DNA of 64,000 bases, taken from Syntrophomonadaceae bacterium. GTDB taxonomy: Bacteria > Bacillota > Syntrophomonadia > Syntrophomonadales > Syntrophomonadaceae. Both the position numbers and the translations under genes were made by a program. Of the stretch, positions 32,401 through 41,759 are shown piece after piece. How positions within the stretch are numbered: position 1 is the stretch's first letter; each line of letters opens with the position of its first letter. The stretch is taken from NCBI GenBank assembly GCA_012518685.1, contig JAAYRQ010000032.1, positions 446 through 64,445 of the forward strand, written 5' to 3'. The notes beneath the pieces are model-generated. The model did no database searches. It was not told where the DNA came from and saw only the letters and a list, made by a program, of their open reading frames with translations.

Positions 32401-32714
32401 TCTATAGCTCGGCGACTATTAGTAATTATAAGCTTATCTCTTCGGCATATACTTTAAAGGCTAGTATTGATAAGGTGAATAAAGAAGCCCATAGTCCCCC
32501 TGATAAAAAGTATCTAGTGACAGCCTATCCGCCGAGGAATCTTAAAACAGGCGAAAAGAACCAAGTATTAATACAATTTTTTGATGCGGCTACGAAAAAG
32601 CCAGCTGAAGGTATAGTTACCATTAATAATAGACTATATGAAGTAAAAAAAGGCCTAGTAAAGGTGGAAATAGTACCTAAGGAAGGAGAAATTAAGTTTA
32701 AAATAGCTTGGTAA
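29496..32714 (+). CDS. SLH-domain-anchored S8 (subtilisin-family) serine peptidase
   Basis: Signal peptide and three SLH repeats (residues ~30-205). Catalytic residues are D363 (VAVIDSGID), H525 (HGTEVAG) and S703 (GTSMAAPHVAG). There is a long beta-rich C-terminal region. Confidence 0.9.
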   Translation: MVKDIFKNRFILTILLITYFIVGIPVATWAFTDTKNHWASPQIDYLASKELIRGYPDQTFRPNSYINRAEYVALLISFVNKLDEAERLALGTSMFKDVPNSHWANGHISLARELNIIEADEKGNFKPYHLITREDAVVMLVKALRVENLENEDLGFLDRNDIANNAKKAIAYCTEVGLINGYPDGNFRPNNKLTRAEVAILLGKSLDLQGRKYNFQGSLIAIDLPNGEAYIKLNSGEEMFTLAENLVIYNEGRLSRVSDLVMPANVYFNLNKAGELNYINLSENLETSQLNLVFNSLPNNSQVIAVDNNIVKLSDKEPYEINPKKIDTKVALSLETTKAAMGVQDFIKATGATGRGQLVAVIDSGIDVGHPDLQKTSDNYVKIVDFVDLTDEGKVTLNGPISADNGFLTIDNQKIEVSDIENEAGEYYYGYLGTAFLPKSIKDNLTKDRFLVLVTASEYFNRYDTVYLDTNMDGQIKDEKAMQKYSRNNHYTSIQGQANKVFNIAVAELAADNSYVKFGFDTIGHGTEVAGVVAANGEIEGVAPGAQILPIKVLNNLGFAYLTRLENAIELAAEMGANVAVMSMGQYQISPTELNKLSALANKMWHTHGMILCIAAGNNGPGLGTVANTAAIRNVISVGAYATPEMWHNDYGWEVNKPTLWYFSSSGPGIDGIAAPLVVAPGSVVSTFPMWGNSIYNLDEGTSMAAPHVAGAAALLMDVIIHKMYVKDSMLVTKGIIAGAMPLEGYEAVEQGFGALNLMRTWQEIQKVNGEYVDYKVNQYSPNFGYGNGYYSKEIIPAELSIKIFNHTNKNSHLVVGGLSSWIRPEQYTVQIPQKGERLITINYDKLTEPGLYSDFLVADDYDTPGWDVAALQTVVVPHDLQRLPNYELLAQDSLGAGQFKRYFIKVPQGTENLNINLDVGDKGRARMHIISPLGFQDVSLYAGVGTNTSPKVYTYYNKPAAGTWEIVVYSSATISNYKLISSAYTLKASIDKVNKEAHSPPDKKYLVTAYPPRNLKTGEKNQVLIQFFDAATKKPAEGIVTINNRLYEVKKGLVKVEIVPKEGEIKFKIAW

Positions 32715-32790
32715 AAGATATGCACTTATTTTCTGTTTTGCTGTATATTAATTTTAAGGGCTTTTAGCTTATTGAATTGGAGGAATAATA

Positions 32791-33924
32791 GTGTATTTAG
32801 GGAAGGTAATGGTTGTTTTTGGGACTAGACCTGAAGCTATTAAAATGGCTCCCGTAGTTAAGGAATTAGAAAAAGTAGCAGATATAGAAACCATAGTGGT
32901 AGTTACAGCCCAGCATAGGGAAATGTTAGATCAGGTATTATACTTATTCGATATTAATCCTAAATATGATTTGGACTTAATGAAGGAAAAACAGGACTTG
33001 TATAGTATTACTGCTGGGGTCATATTAGGTTTACAAAAGATTATTGAGACGGAAAAACCCGATCTCTTACTAGTACATGGCGATACTAGCACTACATTCG
33101 CGGCTGCTTTAGCTGCCTTTTATCAGAAGGTGCCTGTAGGTCATGTGGAAGCAGGCTTAAGGACGAAGAATAAGTATTCACCATACCCCGAGGAAATGAA
33201 TAGGGTATTAACTAGCCGTTTAGCAGAACTGCATTTTGCCCCTACTGATACAGCTCGGGAAAATTTATTAGCAGAGGCTACGGCTAATTTTAAAATATGG
33301 GTAACAGGTAATACCGTAATAGATGCCCTTTTAAAAGTGGTTAAAGAGGAATATATATTGGCAGACAGTTTAGCTAATATTAATACTGATAATCGGATAA
33401 TTCTAGTTACTACACATAGACGGGAAAACTGGGGTAATAAAATGAAGGATATTTATAAGGCCTTATTAGATTTGGTGGCCGAGTTTGCGGATATCGAATT
33501 AGTATTCCCCGTGCATATGAATCCGATAGTTAGAGACTTAGCTGTGGAAATGTTAGGCAATAAAGAGAGAATCCACTTAATAGAACCTCTTGATTATGAG
33601 CCCTTTGCCAACCTAATGAATAAGAGTTATATGATATTAACTGATTCGGGGGGCTTACAGGAAGAAGCACCTTCTTTAGGCAAGCCTGTATTAGTTTTAA
33701 GGGACACTACCGAGCGTCCTGAAGCAGTAGTAGCGGGTACAGTCAAGCTAGTAGGTACGGTAAGAGACAATATATACAGGGAAGCTAAGCTTTTGCTTAA
33801 TGATGAAGGGGAGTATATGAAGATGGCTAAGGCCATTAATCCTTATGGTGATGGGCAAGCTGCCCTGAGAATAGTCAATGTAATTAAGGACTTTTTATAT
33901 ACCCGAATAGGGTCGGAAGTCTAG
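32791..33924 (+). CDS. wecB: UDP-N-acetylglucosamine 2-epimerase (non-hydrolysing)
   Basis: Motifs VFGTRPEAIKMAPV, HVEAGLRT and DSGGLQEEAPSLGKPVLVLR. GTG start lies 6 nt after GGAGG. Confidence 0.93.
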   Translation: MYLGKVMVVFGTRPEAIKMAPVVKELEKVADIETIVVVTAQHREMLDQVLYLFDINPKYDLDLMKEKQDLYSITAGVILGLQKIIETEKPDLLLVHGDTSTTFAAALAAFYQKVPVGHVEAGLRTKNKYSPYPEEMNRVLTSRLAELHFAPTDTARENLLAEATANFKIWVTGNTVIDALLKVVKEEYILADSLANINTDNRIILVTTHRRENWGNKMKDIYKALLDLVAEFADIELVFPVHMNPIVRDLAVEMLGNKERIHLIEPLDYEPFANLMNKSYMILTDSGGLQEEAPSLGKPVLVLRDTTERPEAVVAGTVKLVGTVRDNIYREAKLLLNDEGEYMKMAKAINPYGDGQAALRIVNVIKDFLYTRIGSEV

Positions 33925-33931
33925 ATAAACT

Positions 33932-33960
33932 TTGACATTTATATATCCATTAAATATTAT
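33932..33960 (+). promoter_or_regulatory. Sigma-A-type promoter upstream of the phosphohexomutase gene
   Basis: TTGACA (33932-33937), a 17-nt spacer, then TATTAT (33955-33960). Confidence 0.5.
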
Positions 33961-34065
33961 TAAGTAGGGAGTTAATATAAAAAGATTAATTTTCCTGTAA
34001 TAAATGCATAATAAGCTTAATGTAATTGAATAAAAATAATTATTCCTAGTAAGGAGGATTAAGTC

Positions 34066-35499
34066 GTGCATCAGGTTAAATTTGGCACTGATGGCTGGCG
34101 GGCCATTATCGCTAGGGATTTTACTTTTGAAAATTGTCGTATCGTAACTCAAGGTATTGCGAGCTATTTAAGTAATAAAAACCTTACGAAAAATGGCATA
34201 GTTATAGGCTATGATAACCGTTTTATGTCGGAGGATTTTGCTCAAGAATGTGCTAGGGTATTAGCAGGTAATGGGATTAAGGTTTATTTTTTAAGGAAAC
34301 CTACCCCTACCCCTGTAACTGCTTTTGCTATTAGGGAATTAGATACTAGTGGGGCGATTATGTTAACTGCTAGTCATAATCCCCCTAAGTACAATGGAAT
34401 TAAATTTATTCCTGAATATGCTGGACCTGCTCTGCCTGATGTTACGGATCTTATTGAAGAGCAGGTTAATCGGGTTATAGAACAAGGGAAGGTGTATGAA
34501 CTCAGTATTGAGGAAGCGAAAACACTAGGTTTGTTCGAGGAGATAGACATAGATATAGCCTACAATAGCCAGTTATTAAAAGTCGTTAAACCAGAGTTTT
34601 TCAAAAATAAGGAAATCAAGGTTGTAGTTGACCCCATGTTTGGGGTAGGCATAGGGTATTTAGAAAAGGTTTTAGTAGAATTAGGCTGTAAAGTAAGAAC
34701 TATTAATAATTATCGAGATCCATTATTTGGTGGAGGCATGCCTGAACCTACGGTGGATTGGTTAGATGATTTACGCAGGGCCGTTCTGAGCTATAATGCT
34801 GACCTGGGTTTAGCTATGGACGGGGATGCTGATAGATTTGGCATTATTGATAAGGATGGCGAATTTATTAACGCTAATAAGTTTATGTACATATTATTAA
34901 ATCATCTATTAGAAACTAGAACCTTTAAAGGCCCAGTTGCGAGGTCTATCGCTACCACTCATATGTTGGATAAGATTGCTAAACATCATGGTCTAACCGT
35001 CTTAGAAACCCCAGTAGGATTTAAGTATGTAGGGGAATGTCTGAGGGAAAAAGGCTGTATTATGGGTGGTGAGGAAAGTGGTGGACTAAGTGTATTTGGG
35101 CATATTCCTGAAAAAGATGGGGTTTTAGCCTGCTTATTAGCTGCTGAACTCTTAGCCTACACGGGTAAAAGTATGGCTGAATTAGCCAGTGAAATTGAAG
35201 CTGAATATGGACAGCTTATCAGTGAACGCTTAGATATTAAGGTAGCAGAAATCGAAAAGGCTAATATTATAGCTAGAATAAATGACTATATTCCTCGTAC
35301 AGTAGCAGACATTAAGGTAGCCTCCCATTCTACCATTGAAGGCAGCAAGATTTTACTAGAAGATGGTAGCTGGGTACTCATTAGGTCATCTGGTACGGAA
35401 CCTCTTTTTAGGATATATGTAGAAACTACTGATGAGGATAAGTTAAGATTAATTCAAAGGGAAGTTCAAGAAGCTATAGGCATAGAAAATCTCGGCTAG
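34066..35499 (+). CDS. Phosphoglucomutase/phosphomannomutase family protein
   Basis: Phosphoserine loop TASHNPPKYNGIK, metal loop DGDADR and sugar loop GGEESGG. Confidence 0.92.
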   Translation: MHQVKFGTDGWRAIIARDFTFENCRIVTQGIASYLSNKNLTKNGIVIGYDNRFMSEDFAQECARVLAGNGIKVYFLRKPTPTPVTAFAIRELDTSGAIMLTASHNPPKYNGIKFIPEYAGPALPDVTDLIEEQVNRVIEQGKVYELSIEEAKTLGLFEEIDIDIAYNSQLLKVVKPEFFKNKEIKVVVDPMFGVGIGYLEKVLVELGCKVRTINNYRDPLFGGGMPEPTVDWLDDLRRAVLSYNADLGLAMDGDADRFGIIDKDGEFINANKFMYILLNHLLETRTFKGPVARSIATTHMLDKIAKHHGLTVLETPVGFKYVGECLREKGCIMGGEESGGLSVFGHIPEKDGVLACLLAAELLAYTGKSMAELASEIEAEYGQLISERLDIKVAEIEKANIIARINDYIPRTVADIKVASHSTIEGSKILLEDGSWVLIRSSGTEPLFRIYVETTDEDKLRLIQREVQEAIGIENLG

Positions 35500-35515
35500 G
35501 TCCGAGATTTTTTTA
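35488..35515 (+). terminator. Rho-independent terminator overlapping the phosphohexomutase stop codon
   Basis: ATCTCGG / CCGAGAT stem followed by a T-run. Confidence 0.7.
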
Positions 35516-35518
35516 TAT

Positions 35519-35547
35519 GTCATCCTGAACGAAGTGAAGGATCTTCC
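35519..35547 (+). repeat. REP-like element, single copy
   Basis: GTCATCCTGAACGAAGTGAAGGATCTTCC. It is the reverse complement of the copy at 14678-14703 and nearly identical to it. Confidence 0.65.
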
Positions 35548-35656
35548 TATTTGCACATCTAATAACCATTCTTAGCCCTTTACGGGCGTACTTCTTGCTT
35601 TTTAGCTATAATGTTATACTATTTAATATATTAATCAGGAATGGGGCAGGATTTTC

Positions 35657-36853
35657 ATGGACAGTGACGAAAGTTATAAGAATAGTGAAAAATTAGGACA
35701 AACGCATGTGGACAACCTTAATGCTTTATTTGCAGGCATTTTAGGTAATCTGGAAGGCGGACGGACCAGTATTTTTGAAATTGCGGAAGAATGTCGTCAT
35801 GCTACACAGCGTTTGCAAACTGAGTTACTAGAGGTTAGATATGCCACAGGAGAACTGATAAAAAAAGTAGATGAATACGAAAAACTAGAAAAGCTAGCTA
35901 GATTAAAACTTATGAAGGTTAGCGGAAATTTTGAACGCTATAATGAAGAAGATATAAAAGATGCCTATAACAGTGCTCGAGAGCTGAAGGTAGCACTTAT
36001 AGGATACCGTAATCAAGAGTATTACTTAAGGAAACGCCGAGATGACCTAGAAATGCATATTAAGCAGTTTCATAAAATTATGCAACAAGCAGAAGGCTTT
36101 CTTAACAGTACGACAATAGCCTTGAAGTTATTACAAGGGAACCTAGACAAAATAAGTGTCGATTTGGAAGATATGCACCGCAAACAACTTATGGAATTGT
36201 GGTTAATAGAATCCCAAGAGGCAGAAAGGCGTAAAATAGCCCGTGAATTACATGATGGACCTGCCCAAAGTCTAGCAAGTATGTTGATTAGGTTAGATTT
36301 GGTTAAATTTTTATGGGAAGATGGGCAGGATAAAGTCTTGGCAGAATTGGATAATATTAAAAGTATGGGACAGGAAAGTATAGCTGATATTAGAAGATTA
36401 ATGTTTGACTTAAAACCGACCATAGTAAATGATGAGGGCTTTGACTATACCCTTAAGGAATATTTTGACGATTATGAAGCTAAATATAATTTTAATATTA
36501 ACTGTGCCTTTCTAAGTACGAAAAAAAGGTATGATTTATCATTAGAAATAGCACTTTATCGCTTAGTGCAAGAAGCTATTACTAATGTCAGAAAACATGC
36601 TGGGGTTAATGAGGCCTTGGTTAAAATGGAAGAAAAATCAGGCATTTTAACTATTATTATTAGGGATGAAGGATGTGGTTTTGACTTAGATAAGATCCAG
36701 GATGGAAGGGAAAGCTATGGCATTTTGGGCATGAAAGAAAGGGTCGAGATTTTTGGGGGCAAGATAGATATTATTTCTGCGGTAGGGAAAGGTACTCAAG
36801 TAATAGTAAGGGTTCCTATTAAGGAGGAGATAGTAGATGAAAGAAAAAATTAA
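35657..36853 (+). CDS. degS: Cytoplasmic sensor histidine kinase DegS
   Basis: No TM segments. Long N-terminal coiled coil with DegS-like RRDDLE, HisKA_3 box ERRKIARELHDGPAQSL and an HATPase_c domain. The gene is followed by degU. Confidence 0.9.
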   Translation: MDSDESYKNSEKLGQTHVDNLNALFAGILGNLEGGRTSIFEIAEECRHATQRLQTELLEVRYATGELIKKVDEYEKLEKLARLKLMKVSGNFERYNEEDIKDAYNSARELKVALIGYRNQEYYLRKRRDDLEMHIKQFHKIMQQAEGFLNSTTIALKLLQGNLDKISVDLEDMHRKQLMELWLIESQEAERRKIARELHDGPAQSLASMLIRLDLVKFLWEDGQDKVLAELDNIKSMGQESIADIRRLMFDLKPTIVNDEGFDYTLKEYFDDYEAKYNFNINCAFLSTKKRYDLSLEIALYRLVQEAITNVRKHAGVNEALVKMEEKSGILTIIIRDEGCGFDLDKIQDGRESYGILGMKERVEIFGGKIDIISAVGKGTQVIVRVPIKEEIVDERKN

Positions 36854-37481
36854 GGTCATAATAGCTGACGACCATGTGCTAGTAAGAGAGGGTTTGAGGA
36901 AACTATTGGAACTAGACAATGGAATTAAGGTTACTACTGAAGTCGGTGATGGACAAGGTGCTATTAATATGGTACGCAGGGAACCACCTGACATAGTATT
37001 AATGGATGTTAATATGCCTGGTACTGATGGCATAACCGCAACCAGAGTAATCAAGCGGGAATTCCCAGCGGTTAAGGTAGTAGCTTTAACTATCTATGAG
37101 GATGAACAAGTAGTAGAAATGGTAAAGGCAGGAGTATCGGCTTATGTCTTAAAGGATGTTGCAGGTGCCGAACTTATAGATACCATTTATAAGGTCATGG
37201 ATGGGGAAGTGGTAATACATCCACGGGTAGCTAACCGTCTAATAAGGGAATTAAGTAAGGCAGAAAATAAAAATACGGCTTTAAAATTAACTCGTCGAGA
37301 AAAAGATGTGCTTGATTTGTTAGTGGGGGGCAATAGTAATAAGGATATTGCTGATATGATGTTTATAAGTGAAAAAACGGTTAAGAATCATTTGACAAGT
37401 ATTTTTAAGAAATTAGGGGTTAAGGATCGTACCCAGGCGGTAGTCTTTGCTATAAAAAACAATTTAGTTGACGAATTGTAG
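36837..37481 (+). CDS. degU: Response regulator DegU (NarL/LuxR family)
   Basis: Receiver domain (IIADDH..., VLMDVNMPG) plus a LuxR HTH (LTRREKDVLDLLVGGNSNKDIA). It overlaps the end of degS by 17 nt. Confidence 0.9.
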   Translation: MKEKIKVIIADDHVLVREGLRKLLELDNGIKVTTEVGDGQGAINMVRREPPDIVLMDVNMPGTDGITATRVIKREFPAVKVVALTIYEDEQVVEMVKAGVSAYVLKDVAGAELIDTIYKVMDGEVVIHPRVANRLIRELSKAENKNTALKLTRREKDVLDLLVGGNSNKDIADMMFISEKTVKNHLTSIFKKLGVKDRTQAVVFAIKNNLVDEL

Positions 37482-37514
37482 GGATTATATTAGTTAGTAA
37501 TTATAGGACTTCCT

Positions 37515-37697
37515 TTGAGCATATTATATATTAAGATGCTAAAAGGGGGTCTTATTTTGAGTATTATACTTAAGGTCTTAAGTTTTTCTATATGGCTGGC
37601 CATTATGATTACCATTATTATTGGCAACCTACGACCTCAACGCATTATAGAAAATCAAGAAAAAACCAAGCTTAGAAATAAAGTGCCTTTTAATTGA
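37515..37697 (+). CDS. Possible small membrane protein
   Basis: 60-aa ORF with one strong hydrophobic helix. No recognisable family and a weak RBS. Confidence 0.25.
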   Translation: MSILYIKMLKGGLILSIILKVLSFSIWLAIMITIIIGNLRPQRIIENQEKTKLRNKVPFN

Positions 37698-37820
37698 TTT
37701 TATAAGATTTTTCCTATCTTTCTTATTATAATAATAATGTACCCTATTAAACAAAAATGGAATATAATAAGGTATCGTTGCACTAGTGAAACGGGGGTGG
37801 GGGAATTGCAGAATTTTATT

Positions 37821-38525
37821 ATGGACTTAATATTTCCACAGAATGTATGCTGCTTATGTAGAAAACCAGGCTTGTATAACACTCGTAATCCTTGGTGCAA
37901 AGAGTGTTGTAATGACCTACTTGATTTGCAGACCAGCTTGCCTATCTGTAAGAAATGCGGCAAGTATTTAGAAGATGGTGAAGGTATTTGTCTTGATTGT
38001 GAGACTAACCCCCCTTTATTTCATGTGGCTAGGTCAGTAGGTCCTTATACCGATTCCTATCGTATTGCTATTAAGGCATTAAAGTTCTTAGGTAAGAAGA
38101 ATCTAGCTGTTCGTATGGGAAGCATGATGGCCTGTGTAGTAAAAAATGAGCCTGAATTTTGGCCTTTAGATATAATTGTCCCTGTGCCTACATCCAAAGG
38201 ACAAATGGAATCAAGGGGATTTAATCAGACCGAAGTCTTAGCTAGGCAGATTAGCAAAGATTTAAGGTTAAGGTTAATAACAGATGCCCTAATTAGGGTA
38301 AAGGAAACCCCATCTCAAAGGGAACTTACCAAGGAAGAACGGGAGAAAAACCTGCTTTATGCCTTTTATTTAAAGGATAATAAGCATTGTTATCGAAAAA
38401 ATATATTATTAGTTGATGATGTTTATACGACTGGCTCTACTAGTAAGGAATGTACTAAAATGCTTTTAGATGGTGGAGCTAATCGGGTGTCAGTTATTAC
38501 TTGGGCTACAGGACAAGGTTTTTAG
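37821..38525 (+). CDS. comFC: ComF family protein (ComFC-like phosphoribosyltransferase-fold)
   Basis: N-terminal Cys-x2-Cys pairs (CCLCRK..., CKKCGK, CLDC) and PRTase motif ILLVDDVYTTGST. The start is uncertain (37806 TTG or 37821 ATG). The track start 37737 runs into AT-rich intergenic sequence. Confidence 0.8.
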   Translation: MDLIFPQNVCCLCRKPGLYNTRNPWCKECCNDLLDLQTSLPICKKCGKYLEDGEGICLDCETNPPLFHVARSVGPYTDSYRIAIKALKFLGKKNLAVRMGSMMACVVKNEPEFWPLDIIVPVPTSKGQMESRGFNQTEVLARQISKDLRLRLITDALIRVKETPSQRELTKEEREKNLLYAFYLKDNKHCYRKNILLVDDVYTTGSTSKECTKMLLDGGANRVSVITWATGQGF

Positions 38526-38542
38526 CTTAAGGAGGGAATATA

Positions 38543-38953
38543 ATGAGTGGACTAAAAAATTGTGCTAGATGTGGTCGGCTTTTTGCAGGAGAAGGTCGTA
38601 CTGTTTGCCGTAAGTGTCAGGTGGCAGAAGACGATGATTATTCGATTGTCAGAAAATATGTCAGGGATTATCCAGGTGCCTCAGTTTTTGAGGTTGCGGA
38701 AGCGACTGGAGTAGAAGAGGAAAAAATCCTACACTTTTTAAGGGATGGTAGGCTGCAATCGCAAGGCTTAGCTTCTATGCTCGAATGTGAACGGTGTGGA
38801 CGCAGTATTAATGAGGGTAAGTATTGTAGCGCTTGTGTAAAAGAATTGCAAAATGAAATAGGACATATACTTCCATCTAAGAATAATATGGATAAGGATA
38901 TACCAAAAAGCTCCAAAGATAGGATGTATACTAAGGAAAATAAAAATCGTTAA
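38543..38953 (+). CDS. yvyF: Flagellar-region zinc-ribbon protein (YvyF / TIGR03826-like)
   Basis: Two CxxC pairs (CARCGRLF...CRKC and CERCGR...CSAC). The position between comF and flgM matches B. subtilis. Confidence 0.75.
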   Translation: MSGLKNCARCGRLFAGEGRTVCRKCQVAEDDDYSIVRKYVRDYPGASVFEVAEATGVEEEKILHFLRDGRLQSQGLASMLECERCGRSINEGKYCSACVKELQNEIGHILPSKNNMDKDIPKSSKDRMYTKENKNR

Positions 38954-39022
38954 ATAAATCATTAACAATAATAGATAAAGCACATAAGACTAAGATAACG
39001 AAAGCATAGTAAGCACAAATAG

Positions 39023-39054
39023 AGCTAAGGGGTGTCAAACTCCTTAGCTTTTTA
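39023..39054 (+). terminator. Terminator-like hairpin between yvyF and flgM
   Basis: AGCTAAGG / CCTTAGCT stem followed by TTTTT. Confidence 0.6.
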
Positions 39055-39100
39055 TGCGAAATAGGTAATAAGTATTTATGTGAACAAGGTGGGATATAGA

Positions 39101-39397
39101 ATGATTATTTCTGGTAAACAAGTTCAAAGCATCTTAAAAACCTATGGTAAACAATTTAATAATCAGGTTAATAAGCCTGAGAATACTAAAAAGGCCAGTA
39201 AAACTGATAACCTAGCTATTTCTAATGAAAGTAAGATTAAACATAAAATTATGCAATCACTGAAGAATTCTGAAGATGTAAGAACTGATATCGTAGAAGA
39301 ATTAAGGGAACAAATAGCTACTGGAACCTATACCGTATCTGATGAAGAAGTAGCGGAAAAAATGATTACAAGAGCCATAGTAGATCATATTGTTTAG
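39101..39397 (+). CDS. flgM: Anti-sigma-28 factor FlgM
   Basis: 98-aa protein whose C-terminus VRTDIVEELREQIATGTYTVSDEEVAEKMI is typical of FlgM. ATG 39101 follows AAGGTGGGA. Confidence 0.85.
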   Translation: MIISGKQVQSILKTYGKQFNNQVNKPENTKKASKTDNLAISNESKIKHKIMQSLKNSEDVRTDIVEELREQIATGTYTVSDEEVAEKMITRAIVDHIV

Positions 39398-39417
39398 GAA
39401 GATGGTGAGCTTTTTTT

Positions 39418-39930
39418 ATGGAGCAAATATTTCATAATTTTTTAGATGCTACAGCTAAGGTTAATAGTATTTTAACATCTTTAATAGAATTAGGCCTTGA
39501 AAAACAGCAGCTAATTATATTTAACCAGATTAATGACTTAGATAATCTTATTCGTAAGGAAGGCATCATAGTTAATAATTTAACTAGGGCTGAACAGCTT
39601 AGATATGATGAGCAGAAAAGGTTGGCGGGGATGTTAGAATTAAGGCCTGAAGAATTAACAGCCTCTGTCTTATTGGCTAAGGTGAATGAAAAATATTCTA
39701 TGCTCCACCCAGAATTAAATAAAGAGTTAAACGATTTAACTCATCAGTTATCTCAACTTAAAGCTATAAATACCCATAATAATGAACTAATTGAGCAATC
39801 ACTGGATTATATAGATGAAATGCAAGCCCTCTTAAGTGGTGATATTGCAGGGACTTATTCTAGTTATGGTGAACAAGAGGATGAAGAAACCTCTAGACCG
39901 AGGATAAGTTTATTAGATAAGAAAATATAG
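39418..39930 (+). CDS. flgN: Flagellar export chaperone FlgN family protein
   Basis: 170-aa helical protein between flgM and flgK, the yvyG position in B. subtilis. Confidence 0.75.
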   Translation: MEQIFHNFLDATAKVNSILTSLIELGLEKQQLIIFNQINDLDNLIRKEGIIVNNLTRAEQLRYDEQKRLAGMLELRPEELTASVLLAKVNEKYSMLHPELNKELNDLTHQLSQLKAINTHNNELIEQSLDYIDEMQALLSGDIAGTYSSYGEQEDEETSRPRISLLDKKI

Positions 39931-39983
39931 ATATAATCATTGTCAATCTGTGTCTATTTATTAATTAAAGTGAGGTTTTAAAT

Positions 39984-41759
39984 ATGTCGCTTTTCGGAAT
40001 GGAAATAGGAAAACGCTCGATTATGGCTCAACAAACCGCCTTAGAGGTTACGGGCCATAATATGGCTAATGCTAATACACCAGGCTATACTAGACAAATC
40101 CCTAACTTAGTTACAACTATTCCCTATCATACTCCCGCATTAACTAACAGCAATAAGGCAGGACAGCTAGGTACAGGGGTGAAGGTAGCAGATATAGAAA
40201 GAATTAGGGATGTTTTCTTAGATCAACAAATTAGGAATGAAGCTAAGACGGCTGGCTACTGGGATTCCATTCATGATGCCCTAGCTAAAATGGAAGTAAT
40301 ACTAAATGAACCTTCTTCAGATGGCTTACGGGCGGTAATGGATATGTACTGGGAATCTTGGCAAGACTTAACAGCCTATCCCGAATCAGAGGCAGTAAGG
40401 TCAACTGTGGCCCAAAGGGGCTTAGCCCTAGCAGATGCCTTCAACCACATGCATAAACAATTAACCGAATTACGAGAAGACTTGAATGCCTCAGTTGAAA
40501 TAAAGGTAAATGAGATTAATACCATTACTAAGCAAATTTCCGACCTTAATGCCCAAATATTAAATATCCAAATAGCGGGTAAACAGCCGAATGACTTAGA
40601 GGATAAAAGGGATTTATTACTGGATCAGCTTAGTCAGATAATAGATATAAAAACCTTTACCGACCATAATGGTATGGTAGCAGTTCAGTTAGGTGGTCGT
40701 ACCCTAGTCCAAGGTCGTGATTATACTGAATTAACTACTGAACAAGACTCCCAAGGTATGCACCTGGTTATTTGGGCAGATACCAAGGTAAGGGCAAGGA
40801 TAGAAAGCGGAGAATTAAGGGGCTATCTCGATGCTAGAGGTAAAACTAATTTATCACAGGAAAAAGATCCTTCCGAGTATCGGGAGATAGTGCCTAACTT
40901 ATTAGATGATTTGAACAAATTAGCCGAAACTATAATTAAACGGACTAATGAAATACATAAGACGGGATATAACTTGGATATAAACGCGGAATCACTCAAC
41001 TTTTACGAAATGCCGACTGGGGCTAATATAGAGTGGGCAGCTATCATTAAAGTAGAAGATGCGATTTTAAATGATCCCATGAAAATTGCAGCAGCAGAGG
41101 ACCCAACCTTTGACCCTGATACAGGAGAAAAAATCAATTTTGGGGATAGCCGCATAGCCATGGCGATTGCTAATTTAAAACATGATTATAATAGTGTAGG
41201 ACAAGTAGCACAATCAGGGAATTTACCAGGATTGCCTGCAACTATTTCAAATAAACATATAAACATCACCTATGATAATACTGTATATAACCTGATAATT
41301 GATGGGGATTTTGACAATAACCAACAATTAGCCGATGCGGTGCAAGCGGAGATAGATCGACACAGATTGCCGATTACGGTAGAAATGCAAGGTGATCGTA
41401 TGGTTATGAGTTCATTTGATAAAGGATTCGAGTCGGTGGAATGGTTTTGGGGTGCGACTTCTGATACTGCCCCGACTTCTGGCTCTATTTCCGATGCGAC
41501 GGTAGATGATTTTTGGCGTTCTGTATGTGCTAATATCGGAGTTAGGAGTCAGGAATCGGTGCGGATGTTAGATAATCAGATAGTCTTATTAAGTGAACTA
41601 ACTAACAAAAAAGAAGCCGTTTCTGGGGTGAATTTAGATGAAGAAGTAATTAATATGATAAAATTCCAACACGCCTACAACGCCGCCTCCCGCTTCATCA
41701 CCACCATGGACGAAGCCATAGATGTAATAGTAAATAGAATGGGGCTAGTGGGACGGTAG
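39984..41759 (+). CDS. flgK: Flagellar hook-associated protein 1 FlgK
   Basis: N-terminus LEVTGHNMANANTPGYTRQ and C-terminus MIKFQHAYNAASRFITTMDEAIDVIVNRMG. Confidence 0.96.
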   Translation: MSLFGMEIGKRSIMAQQTALEVTGHNMANANTPGYTRQIPNLVTTIPYHTPALTNSNKAGQLGTGVKVADIERIRDVFLDQQIRNEAKTAGYWDSIHDALAKMEVILNEPSSDGLRAVMDMYWESWQDLTAYPESEAVRSTVAQRGLALADAFNHMHKQLTELREDLNASVEIKVNEINTITKQISDLNAQILNIQIAGKQPNDLEDKRDLLLDQLSQIIDIKTFTDHNGMVAVQLGGRTLVQGRDYTELTTEQDSQGMHLVIWADTKVRARIESGELRGYLDARGKTNLSQEKDPSEYREIVPNLLDDLNKLAETIIKRTNEIHKTGYNLDINAESLNFYEMPTGANIEWAAIIKVEDAILNDPMKIAAAEDPTFDPDTGEKINFGDSRIAMAIANLKHDYNSVGQVAQSGNLPGLPATISNKHINITYDNTVYNLIIDGDFDNNQQLADAVQAEIDRHRLPITVEMQGDRMVMSSFDKGFESVEWFWGATSDTAPTSGSISDATVDDFWRSVCANIGVRSQESVRMLDNQIVLLSELTNKKEAVSGVNLDEEVINMIKFQHAYNAASRFITTMDEAIDVIVNRMGLVGR

